Shown here in pieces: positions 1 through 11,659 of a DNA stretch of 60,000 nucleotides. Each line of letters starts with the position of its first letter. Positions within the stretch are counted from its first letter, which is position 1. Source of the DNA: Lytechinus pictus (lineage: Eukaryota); assembly GCF_037042905.1 (NCBI RefSeq), contig NC_087252.1, forward strand, positions 24,802,001-24,862,000, read 5' to 3'. A program made the translations under genes and the position numbers. A model generated the notes under the pieces. That model ran no database searches. It worked only from the letters and a program-made list of their open reading frames with translations, and had not been told where the DNA came from.

Positions 1-583
1 TCACCTAAAAAAAAAAAAGGAATTAAGGCTAATTCCTGCTCACCCTAGCAAAGGCTAGTCTCTCAGGAGGGGTGAAAGGGGTAGAGAGAGAGAGAGGGGG
101 GGGGGGGGTTAAGTGTTCTGTTGACCCATATACCGTCAACCTACTTCCCCCACCTAAGTCCTATCCCTATTCTGACTTCCATGAACACATTGCTGAGATC
201 CACTTAAAAAGTGAGAAATTGTATTTCATGTTCACTCATACATTAAATTTCAATTTAATAATTCTTAAAATTTGCTCTAAAAACCTAAATTGATAATGCT
301 TGATCATTGATTTATCAAAACATCCTCAACTTTGCAAGTTCCAAGGGACTCGCATCTCAAAAACTGAAAGAAATTGGAAGGCTAATTCCTGCCCACCCTA
401 ATTTTCATACCCTTTGTTTCAGTGGGCAGTGCTCGCTCAAGCATGAAAAGTTTTCCAACTTTTTGGTGTCATTTTAAAGTTGACTTTATAGGCTTCCATG
501 TATGTAAGTGTTTTCCCCCAAAGTGATATATTTTTTATTTGGCAGCCATTTCAAAAGTGTATAGTTTTTTTTGGGACGCACTG
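1..583. mobile_element. Right end of a Tc1/mariner-like non-autonomous element (left end outside the window or not identifiable)
   Basis: Ends in TTTTTTGGGACGCACTG followed by TA (584-585), i.e. a CAGTGCGTCCCAAAA-type terminus on the reverse strand. An internal AGGCTAATTCCTGCYCACCCTA motif is repeated. The left boundary is not seen. Confidence 0.45.
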
Positions 584-634
584 TAGACAACGAATATATT
601 TTATCTATATAATTATTATTACTATATTTTACAG

Positions 635-3600
635 GATTATATTCTTCCACGCGGTTGCTTTGACCTCGATGACCTTTGTTGTTGAGCGGAAAGAAGGTCT
701 CCTCGATAGAATCTGGGTCTCGGGTAACCAACTATCATTAAAAATAACGTAATAGATTTGTTCGGTCTAGAGTCGGTTTCATTGGTGTGACTGTAGCATA
801 TTTCTCTCATGAAAATATATTTTTAAAGGAGAATGAAACCCTTGAAACCAGCTAAATCCATATCAAAGAGAAAAATCAAAGAAACATATTGTTGAAAGTT
901 TGAGGAAGATTCAATGAATAATAAGAAAGTTATGAGCATTTGAATATTGAGATCACTAGTGCAATGTAGATCCTCCCATCGGCAATGCGACCAAGATCTG
1001 TGATATCACACACGTACAACCCCCTCATTACTTTAGTACTTATTTCACGTATATTCTCACTTTTATAGAGTCTATCACAAGGTGAGGTATTCTCTTTATG
1101 AGATGACAAGTACAGAGGTTTCACAACATTATATCATTGATGAATCGTTTGTCATAATGATTAGAATGAGCAAAAAGAGATGTTTTGGGGTATATTTTCA
1201 GTGTCCAAATGGGAGAGTTGTACGTGTGTGACATCACAGATCTTGGTCGCATTGCCGATGGTAGGATCTCCATAGCATTAGTGATCTCGACATTCAAATG
1301 CTCATAACTCTTTTATTGCTAGTCCTATTTTACTCAAAGTTTTGTTGATCTTATTCTTTGATTTGTCTGCTTTCACAAAAGCTAACTTGCTCCAAGAGTT
1401 TCATTCTCCTTTAACAGAATTTGAAAGTCTGTTTAAAGCTGAATAAAAAGACGCTAAGCATTACAAGGATAGATGTACAGTAGACAGAAGAAAATGTATG
1501 TACGCTTATATCATGATCATTCACTGCTTGTTAGACGGCAGAATACTAGTAGTCAAACATCTAGTTTCATAATGATGTTCATTTTTGAGCTCCCATTACA
1601 CCCACTGGAAAAGTTGGAAAATTAATGTAAGGATTGACTGAAATCCTTTACTAAGCAAACGTTTAATGATTTTAACGTTTTTCATTTTTAAATGACCTCT
1701 AATATTTCTGGTGAGTTTAATTGTTGTAATGTCTTTCATTGTTTTGAAAGGGAAGTTCAGAGTTCAATTATCTATCCAATAAAAATGCAAAACAAAGAGG
1801 TAGAACTTATGAGGTCCGTATTGGCCAAATTAAAACATAAATATATTGAAGATTTGCCCTTTAACGTAAAAAAGGATTTAGAGGCTTTGATAGAACTATA
1901 ATAATTATTCACTTTTGTTCAGTAATGGTTTAAAAATGATTGGTAATGAGATTTCATGACGTCTAATTAATGATTTTCCATTATCATTATACAGGTGTTG
2001 GATCGGGAGAAGTAAGCTTAGCTCATGTGATGACTCAGTTCCTCATCATATCTGTTCAGATAGCACTCGTACTTGTCTTCACATTCGCTGTCTTTGAAGT
2101 AAGTTCATTGGTTAAGTGGTGAGAAATAAAACTTATACCGTATAAGAAGTATATGTTCTTTAATATGTCGTAACATCGTAAGCATATATCAAGTGATGAC
2201 CTAGTTCTAAGACATTATGTCCAGATATGACATCCGTATTTGTCTTCACAGTCACCATTCTCGATGCAGTTTATTTAATAAGTGGTGAGAAATTAAACTT
2301 ATGCCGTATAAGATCTTAGGATCAACAATATAAGTACTCACCCATTATGCGTTGATTTGGGTCCAATATCGTGTAGGCCAAAGAACAGTAGGTCCTGTAT
2401 CGTATAAGAACTAATGAATAATTATATGAATGAAGAGATCTTGAGGTCACTATTTATGTCCGGACCACCCTTCCACCCTCACATTGGTGTTCATTGATGC
2501 AATGTTAGTAGGCAATGACTTATTAAGTATATTCTTTATTGTTTCAAATGAATTATCTATTTATCTTTTTTATGCATTTTTCGGAATTTGCAAGAAAATT
2601 CTAATTTAAATGAATTGATTGCTGAATAGTAATTAAGACGCATTTATTTTTATTTTTTCTTCAGCTTCCAAACGAGGGCAGTTTATTCCTGGTTATCCTC
2701 ATGATGATGTTACAAGGGTTATGTGGAATGGCTCTTGGTCTTCTCATCTCGGCCTTCTGTGACTCGGAATCCACAGCTATTCAACTCGCCCTCGGATCTT
2801 TCTACCCCCTTCTTCTCCTCAGTGGTAAGAGTTTGAGAAATATAGGACCGCATTGAGTTGAATTAGCCATGTTAGCTAAATCAATCAGTTGCCTTTTTTT
2901 TAAAGCAAGACAGTGCCAATTAAACCATGTGTTAACAGTGTGTTCACATAATCCACTATATGCGAAGATACGACTCCCGCTGTTAATATTCTCCAATTTA
3001 AAACAGTGTGGAGATCATGTCATACTGTGGACACTTCTACAGTGTGTGTTTCTTGCACAGTGTGTTTCCATGATGGAGTATGCGATGATGTGATTTTCGT
3101 TGCTAAGATGCCCATATTATACAGTGAGGAGATAATTTCAAATTGTGTTCCACAATGCGAACACACAGTGAACACACTATAAACACACTTTGGAAACACT
3201 GCGAACACATTATGGACACACTGAAGACACTGTGAACACACTGTGAACACACTATGAACACACCATCAACCCACTATGGACACACTGGGCATACTGTGGA
3301 CACACTGTGAACACACCATCAACACACTATGGACACACTATGAACATACTGGTAATACGGTGGGCACACTATGAACACACCGTCAACACACTATGGACAC
3401 ACTGGACACACTGTGGATACAATATGAACACACATCAACCCACTATGGACTCACTGTGAACACACTGGGCGTACTGTGGACACACTGTGAACACACTATG
3501 AACATACCGTCAACACACTATGGACACACTGTGAACACACGGTGGACACACCATCAACACACTATGGACTCACTCTGAAGACACTGTGAACACACTGTGA

Positions 3601-4914
3601 ACATACTATGAACACACTATGGACACACTATAGACACACTGTGAACACACTGGAGATACTGTGGATACACTATGAACACACCGTCAACACACTCTTGACA
3701 CACTGTGAACACACCGGACATACTGTGGACACACTGTGAAAACACTATGAACACACTCTCAACAAACTATGGGCACACTATTGACACATTGTGAATACAC
3801 TGGAGATACTGTGGATACACTGTGAACACACTATGAACGCACCTTCAAAATCCCATGGACACACTGAGAACACACTGTGAACGTTTTATGAAACAAACTG
3901 TTCTTTTCAGCCGGGTTGATGTCTCTGAATTATGACACTCATCTAGTACCTATCGTTTTCATCATCTACTTCTTAATAATAAATACTTTCTCAGACGTTT
4001 AATTATTTCCCCATATTCCTGTTCTCTGTACAGGTGTTGTGTGGCCAATTGAAGCAATGCCTGAGCCATTGTATTACATCGCACTGGTATTGCCGCAAAC
4101 TTTATCAGCAGAAGGAATACGAGCAATACTCGGAAGAGGTATGTTTTTGCCACTCTCCACCCAGGTGTAGTAAACGGGTATTACCGGTCTGACTACTATC
4201 CATATACTGATTGATAACAAAAGGAACTGGTATAATGATTGGGAACACAAGGGGCTAATATAAGGATTGGGAACGTAAGGGATTAACATTCATATAATGA
4301 TTGAAGACATGAAGAATTATTTTTCATAAGGATTGAGAATAAGGGACTTCTGTTCACAATGATCAAATAAATTAAATAAAAAAGAAATGAGAAAATAATG
4401 GGCTAATCCTCTGAAAAGACGAGAGCATACTAGACAACTATTCAAATGAGGACCACGGCAAAGGTCTTTGTCACATACATTCTGAGTTTCTTCTGAAATA
4501 ACATATAAGTGACTGGCATATTAAGGACAAAAAACATTAGCTGTATATTATGGTAATGCTATTCATAAAGATGCCAATCTTTATATTATATAGAAAAATT
4601 GCAATTGCATGTATATCAATAATTCTCTTTTTTGCAATCATATTTGATTTGATGTATTTTTAATAAATACTTCATGATGAAAAAAAGATATATTCCATAA
4701 TGGACTATACTCATGTGAAAATTGTCAAAATACTTTCTCACATATTTTTTTAAGGTGAACCCCTTGAATAAAAAAAGTTCACCATTCATTTCTTTCTTTT
4801 CTATCAGGTTGGGACATGAGTTACTTTGAGGTGTGGATCGGGTTTGTAGCCACTACGGCTTGGTGGCTGGTTCTCCTAACGTTAGCTACCATCGTACTCC
4901 GAGTCAGAAGATAA
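635..4914 (+). CDS. ABCH: ABC transporter, C-terminal ABC-2-type membrane domain; ABCH-like (often annotated ABCG20/ABCG23-like); 3' part of the gene, last 5 coding exons
   Basis: In-phase GT-AG exons 635-723, 1995-2098, 2665-2824, 4034-4138 and 4808-4914 (TAA) translate to IIFFHAVALTSMTFVVERKEGLLDRIWVSGVGSGEVSLAHVMTQF...LPNEGSLFLVILMMMLQGLCGMALGLLISAFCDSESTAIQLALGSFYPLLLLSGVVWPIEAMPEPLYYIALVLPQTLSAEGIRAILGRGWDMSYFEVWIGF...LRVRR*. The ERKEGLLDR, LQGLCGM and LLSGVVWPIEAMP motifs are typical of ABCH-like permeases. The subfamily is assigned from motif recognition only. Confidence 0.88.
827..1410. mobile_element. Kolobok-like MITE with long imperfect inverted arms
   Basis: TTAA|AGGAGAATGAAAC ... 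GTTTCATTCTCCT|TTAA. Internal inverted match between 933-1020 and 1217-1306 (CATCGGCAATGCGACCAAGATCTGTGAT). A TTAA target duplication with AGG..CCT ends is the Kolobok pattern. Confidence 0.8.
3160..3880. repeat. Minisatellite of ~11-12-bp units (GAACACACTATG / GGACACACTGTG)
   Basis: Dozens of directly visible degenerate tandem copies in an ABC-gene intron. It may be the internal array of an element bounded by CCCGCTG (~2976) and CAGCCGGG (~3915). Confidence 0.9.
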
Positions 4915-4987
4915 ATCTATGTCATCTGAAGCACGTTGTAGAGAGAGAGAGAGAGAGAGAGATTTGGTTTAAAAGGCAGCTCAGCAG

Positions 4988-5251
4988 GGCCCCGTTTTAC
5001 AAAGAGTTACGATTGATCCAATCGATCGTAACTCTATGGAAATCCATCAGTGTCATATTTTTTTTCTACAGGGAACTTTCCTTAAAACTAAGAAAATCAC
5101 ACTGAATCTTCAAGAGAACGATAAATGTATGAATGTACATCATATCTAGAAAATATTTTGAACAAGTTTGCATTTTTAGATGTTGACGTTGCTGGCCGTC
5201 CATATATTTGTGATTGATCGGATCGATTGTAGCTCTTTGTAAGACGGGGCC
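4988..5251. mobile_element. PIF/Harbinger-like MITE in the ABC gene 3' UTR
   Basis: CAG|GGCCCCGTTTTACAAAGAG ... CTCTTTGTAAGACGGGGCC|CAG with a 3-bp CAG TSD. A second copy lies in opposite orientation at 16652-16905. Confidence 0.8.
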
Positions 5252-5402
5252 CAGAAATCAAGCACAAGTCCCCCAAAAATACGCGTATTTCATTGCTTGA
5301 AATCACAACTCTTTGTGCAACATGCCCCTGCCCAAACCCTATATTCCATGTTCAACCCCAACATGCCAGAGAATATATAATTGTGTTTCTACCTTGTAAA
5401 TA

Positions 5403-5735
5403 GGTCTGGGTGTAAGTTGTAACCCTGGGGGACTTCAACATGAGGTTACGTGGTTGACATATGGGACTCACGCATGTCATTAATTTTATCACTATTTTAT
5501 GGATACATCTGAATCTGTTAGTCCTTAAACCTTTTGCGCGCTGATGTTGCAATCTTGCACATTCGCACAATTAAATTCAACAATCGTAATTATTAGTTTT
5601 TTCCCCTCCCATACCGTATAATTAGGACTGGGTGTAGTTGTAACCCTGGGGGACTTCAACATGAGGTTACGTGGTTGACCTATGGGACTCACGCATGTCA
5701 TTAATTTTATCACTATTCTATGGATGCATCTGAAT
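5403..5735 (+). repeat. ~110-bp direct repeat (5403-5514 and 5626-5735)
   Basis: CTGGGTGTA(A)GTTGTAACCCTGGGGGACTTCAACATGAGGTTACGTGGTTGAC...CATCTGAAT occurs twice, nearly identical. Confidence 0.9.
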
Positions 5736-7044
5736 GTGGGTGGATTTGCAAATATATAGGCCTAATAATATAGGGCACTTGTATAGCGCACATATCCAAC
5801 TTTTAGGATGCTCAAGAATATCCTTTATTTTCTTAATGAGATTCTGAAATATATTTGTATTGGTGTCATTTCGAATTTATATAGAGTATTTATTGAAATA
5901 AACAAAAATTATATTGCTTATCTGTTTATCTTGAATAAAATGTGCAATCAATCAATAAAATGTGCTAATCATCAGGTTTTATGACTTTTACGACTGTGAA
6001 ATTGCGACATTGTTTTACCTTTATTTTTCTACATTTAAATGCGAGCAGATGTGGCATATCTAGGTATGGCTATCAAATCAAATTTCAATTTATCTCTTGT
6101 ATTTTAATTATCATTTACATTATAGGAACTGCAGTAATTCTCACAAGTGGCATTTATCATCCATTTCCGTATGCACTCTCTGTAAATAGCTTATTACATT
6201 TTGATATTTCTATTTTTAACAATTTAAGTCTATAATGGCGATAGACTTCACAACATTCCATTTGTACGTTTGTAGAAAATTGTCACGTAATATCAATTCA
6301 AATACAATGCACTGATAAATTGCTCAGTGATAAAATACAAATGTTTTCTGATTATTTGTTGGGTTAAGGCTATGACACAATTATAAGCCATGTAAATCCT
6401 TGTCTTATACAATTTGATCTGATCTTCACATTTTTTATTCGCAGATTGTCGTATGGATTGAGAGCTTTATAATGGAGATAACAGAATTGGAAGAAGTATG
6501 GTTAGAACAAGTGACAACTCCTTGTATAACGAAGTTTTAGTGATCATGGAATTATTATTTTTTTTAATCGCTTGGGCTTCTTTTTAAAATTAATTTGTTA
6601 TTATTTGCAAGTGCTATTGTTATAAGCTACTGCAATTGAAATATACAATCTGGTTAGTCCAGAATATACTTACCATGGAATGCATGCATTGGTTATTGGT
6701 TTTATGAAACAAGGTCCTGTCTTTTCGAAGTTTCTGGATTCGAAACCGCCTTGGCAATGTTGGAAAGTCCTTGTCCATAGACTACGCCGTCTTGAAAAGC
6801 TTGTCACTATTTTCATATTGATTAATGAACGTGAATAAAGATTGATAAAACATAACGTATCCGGCTGTGTTTTTTTATCCAGGCAAGAGCACAAATGTTA
6901 ACATCTAGATTTTTGTTTTCGTTCTGTCCTATTGAAGATCCTCAATCCATCGGAATCTTCTGTTTCGCCACAAATTAATGTCTGTCTTTGTTCAGTTCCC
7001 GACATCTTCTTTCTTTGCCCCCACTCCATAAAACTCTTTATCAG

Positions 7045-7199
7045 GGGGCAGTTTCATAAAGCTGTCCATAAATTAAGGAGCGACTTTAAGAACGTCTGGT
7101 GAACCTTTCTTACGCGCTAAACCATCGCCAATGAATATACAATTTTATAACAAGGATCATCAGTCGTTCTTAATTTACTAACAGCTTTATGATACACAC
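7045..7199. mobile_element. Short Harbinger-like MITE
   Basis: CAG TSD; GTTTCATAAAGCTGT / ACAGCTTTATGATAC inverted ends; same family as 14272-14438. Confidence 0.7.
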
Positions 7200-7219
7200 C
7201 AGCTCAAACCTGTTCCCTC

Positions 7220-7740
7220 TTTTTGTTATTTTTTTCTTCTTTAGTTTCTCCTTTCTCTGCTTGTCTTCTCGTGCTCGGACCCGGCTATTCTCATTCTTTC
7301 TCTCTTTTCCTCTATGTTTCTCACTCTTTCACACACAAACATGGCCACCCTACCACTTTTCTCATTTTGTCTCCTAACTGCCCCTCCTCTGTTCCTCTAT
7401 TCTCTCCTACCACTGATCTCTTTTTACCCCCCACTCCGCATATTACTGATCATTTCACAAACATTTTATCTGTTTACCCCATATCCATTCCTCCTCAGTC
7501 TCCTCTCCGTTTCTTACAATCATTTTACCTTTTCACCATCCTCCCAGCTCCTTATCACAATATCCTCTCTCTCTCATTGTCTCCACCCCTCCCTCCCCGT
7601 GTCTTCTGCTTCATTATCCCCTCTTTCTTTTTTCTTCCTTCCATCCTTCCTTCCTTTCTCCCTTCTTTCTTTCTTTCATTCTCTCTCTCTCCCTCCCTTC
7701 CTTTCTTTCTTTCCTTCCTTCCTTCCTTCCAATTATAAAT
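7220..7740. repeat. Polypyrimidine low-complexity tract (CTTC/TTTC repeats)
   Basis: C/T-rich composition; the overlapping ORFs are F/S/L/P low-complexity. Confidence 0.85.
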
Positions 7741-9524
7741 CTCTCTACTCCTGGCCAACTACAACACTACCACACAGTACTTGTCCCCTTATCACTATCA
7801 CTTCTCTTCATTTAGCTTAATAGCTTTGCCAGTCAGGCAGAAGTACAAACTTTTAAATCTGGCTTCTACAACCACCGCCCTACATACATTACACATCCAG
7901 TCACTTGTTCAAATAGTACAAGTAGTCTTTAATATTTTAGGATAGAAAATACATTATATGCAATATCGTTAAAGCGCACAACATCATATAATTTACCATA
8001 GAAATGGGTGGAAAGTATGCATATACATATGAAAATGAAACAAGGAACAGCATTGCAAAAATACCATGGGACACAAGGTCTCCTACATGTACAATGTAGA
8101 TCCATGCACATCTAGATTCCCCCCCCCCCTTCTTCCAGCTCTGTAGACATGTAAAATTAAGTACATATTTTTGTGCAACGATTTATCAGTTTATCTATAT
8201 TCCTTGCTTATTCCCAAGTATATCAAATAACTTATTAGACTGATAATGGCCAAATCTGGTCACATTCTGTGTTAAAAAAAAAAAAAACCGCTTCCATTCG
8301 ATTATCTCATGCCAAAATAATAATCGTAATAGCAGCATCACCTAATAGTAACAGGGAAGTAGTGTCAAATAACATGAACCTCATGTATGATTGGAATATG
8401 AAACGCCAAAATGTGACTCAATAGGTATGTGCAACTTCTCATAATGTAATTCTAAATTTTAATTGTGTCGAAATATAAACCTCGCACTAGCATAGTGTGC
8501 TGAGTATACATGCATATACATTTATATGTTTACCGACATCAACATTAGGTAATTACATTTTTTGAAAGGATTTAAAAACTCACTTTGCTCGCCATATTCT
8601 AGTCTTCATGACAAATTTAAAAGCTTCAAGAGATTTGGTGGAGGTTTGCAAAAAATCTGAGCTGTGGGGCACAACATGTACATGCTCATAGTGCTACAAT
8701 AATGTTGAAGAGGAAACCCCAAAAATATTATTTTTCATTTGCATAATATACATGTACATGCATTGCAATAAGTAAAAAAAAAGTAATTTATAGCCTACAG
8801 TGTTGATGTAACCGTCCATATGGATGCTTATGATTGTACATGTAGCCAACAAAATGACAAACAAGTGTCCGAAAACTCGGGTGATTACTGTCTGGCCTGT
8901 TTGATATTAGGATAACAGCATTAGCTCCTGGAAAAAAAAAGATCCTGAACGACATTAAACCATCCCTTTAAATCACTTGGTCACTCACAGGTCTGAATAA
9001 TTATAAAGGATCTTGCTGGAAGTTCACATGAATTATCCTATGTACTAGTATCAAACATCTGAAAAGCGACATTCATTTGCAAAAGGAGAGTATACTTAGA
9101 TTAATTCATATTGCCCAACATAAGGTGCATGTATATTGGAAAGCCAACAATAAAGAGAACATGATAAGACAAGATGTGTATGTGCACTCGAAGGTCAAAG
9201 ATCAGGCTATTTTATCTTTCCATGTCGCGACTAAAGTGGTCTGCTCTTTATAAGTTAGCATGGACCATCGCTATCAACAGGTGGATACAGCTACAATGCG
9301 CTCTTTTGAAGCCCAAAAACGTACTCAAAAAGGTCACAAGGTCAAAGTTCCACACTTTTGTCTACTGCATGTGTGCATTGTTTACTACACGTTGGTACAG
9401 CTCCATATACTGTTAATTGTGCACAGTACTATTCCTTTGCTTCAACGTCAGGCATGCGCAGCACAACGAGCTCCATCCAACTTATGGATATCAGTGGCAT
9501 GGACTTGCCTTGAAAAATAAGACA

Positions 9525-9992
9525 TGTAGCCCTTATAGGATTTACACTACCCTCATCTACAGCTCAGGCCCTGAAAAATACAATAACTCAATGATATGTA
9601 GCCCTTACCACATACATGTACACATTACCCTCATCTACAGCTCAGGCCCTGAAAATACGAACTTAATATGTAGCCCTTATAACATGTACATTACCCTCAT
9701 CTTCAGCTCAGGCCCTGAAAAAAACAATGACTTGATGATATGTCACCCATATAAGATTCACATTACCCACATCTACAGCTCAGGCCCTGAAAAAAACAAT
9801 GACCCGATGTTAAACCTTAAAGATTCACATTACCCTCATCTACAGCTCAGGCCCTGAAAAATACAATGACCCGATGGTAGACCTTATAAGATTCACACTA
9901 CCCTCATCTTCAACTCAGGCTCTGAAAAATACAATGACCCGATGATATGTAAACCTTGTAACATTCACATTACCCTCATCAACAGCTCAGGC
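9525..9992. repeat. Tandem repeat, ~7 units of ~70 bp
   Basis: The core TACCCTCATCTACAGCTCAGGCCCTGAAAA recurs at about 9548, 9625, 9692, 9763, 9831, 9899 and 9971. Confidence 0.92.
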
Positions 9993-10652
9993 ATAATGAT
10001 CCTATCTTGGCAATAGACATGTACATGATGTGACATCTCCATCAAGACAAGTCCATTTTATTTAAATACAACATAATTCTGGGGAGCATTTCATGGAATG
10101 AATTGCCGGACATTTTATCCAACAAATAATGTTTTATCTGACAGTAAAGGTAACAGTGACTCCAAGCCAATCATTATCAAGGAAAGTTGTCAGACCCGAC
10201 AACTTGTAGGGCAAAAATGTTGATGAAACGCTCCCAAGAACTCTGGTTAAACTTAGACCACAGACTATTAAATTCTGGGCTGGCATTATGTGCAGCCATA
10301 AGATACACAAATATGGCTACACTCTCTGCTTCTTACATTTACTTGGACCTATCCAGACAGTTGGTAATTAGTTTGATCCCCAACAATGTTGATGACATGA
10401 TCAACTACGTCTGTGTCGTTTGGCTACCCATATTGAAATCGTGGACACTTAGACCATGGTTGAAATTAAAAGTAGAGATCAGAATACTGACTAATGTATT
10501 TGCAAAGGTGTATAGGTTTCACGGTACAACATGTATTCTTTCATGGGCATGTGTTGGTCTTGAAAGGACCACCCGAACATGTCTCTCAAGACGACAAGAA
10601 CACACTTATTGAAACGTCGAGTTTGGGTGGTCCTTTTCAGGACCACCATATG

Positions 10653-11063
10653 CAGACCTGCCAACCTCTGGGAATGAAAAACTGTATTCTGTGATAAAAA
10701 AAACTGTATTTTTCCCAAAAAAAGTGTATTTCATAATAAAATGCTCATCGCGGCGCTCAAGCTGCATGCAAGCTAAAATGCGCACTGCTCTTGCAGATGA
10801 AAAAAAAAACATTAAAACATGTGTATATCTTCACCCTGGTTTGAACAAAATGATTGAAAAAAAAAAACAAGTTACCTGAAATTACATTGATCTAATAACC
10901 ATATTTGTGCACGTTTTATGAAATAGAGACATATAGAGATTATTTTTCTCAATAAATTACGATTTTTACAAAAAAACGTATTTTTCAAGGAAAAAACGTA
11001 CTGCCGTATTTGGGTTGCAAAAACGTACTAAATACGGCTCAAACGTACTGGTTGGCAGGTCTG
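10653..11063. mobile_element. TIR MITE (hAT-like ends) with apparent 6-bp TSD
   Basis: CATATG|CAGACCTGCCAACC ... GGTTGGCAGGTCTG|CATATG; subterminal AAAACGTAC repeats. Confidence 0.8.
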
Positions 11064-11199
11064 CATATGCCAACGAAAGATACATGGTGCACCGTGACAC
11101 CTCTACACCACTTATTCTTCACAATAAAAACCTTCAAAAGTTCAAATGTGTTCGAAACTTCGAACAAAGATATTTCTTCATCCAAAGATATTTGATAAA

Positions 11200-11408
11200 C
11201 AGAGCTGCCAACCTAAAGAACATTTCAGTATTTTAACAGCTGAAAAGCAGTATTTTGGTGATCAATGAAAAAAAAAACATTATTTTCAAAGAAATACCAC
11301 AGGAATACACATAAAACTGAAACTTCACAAATCAGTATTTTGCATGAAACCATCAGTATTCTCAATTCCAGTATCAATATTGAAAATCAGTACTAGTCGG
11401 CAGCTTCG
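11200..11408. mobile_element. Degenerate TIR MITE related to 10653-11063
   Basis: GATAAA|CAGAGCTGCCAAC ... GTCGGCAGCTTC|GATAAA; repeated TCAGTATT motifs. Confidence 0.55.
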
Positions 11409-11659
11409 ATAAAGATATTTGGATAAAGAAATATCTCCATCCAAAGACGTTTCTTTTTCACCTCACTTACATGTCTCTTCTCCTAGTCATTGAAGGTTCC
11501 TACTTTAGTTTTATCATTTCTATCCAATAAGTTCTCTATTCTCTGACTCTCCGATACTGCAGTCACACACTGAGTACAGGACCACACGGTTCCACAATTT
11601 CCAGTCCAGACTATTATGACTCAAAGTTCAATGAAATACGACACCTCAAAGACTCCCTC

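Noticed and set aside
7189..7820. Long hydrophobic or charged ORFs (also 19527-19997 and 49363-50064)
   Set aside because: They arise from polypyrimidine/polypurine and dinucleotide tracts that lack stop codons.
9417..9992. CRISPR-like array or 146-aa repeat protein
   Set aside because: Eukaryotic context, no cas genes, and the linkers are homologous to each other; an ordinary minisatellite.
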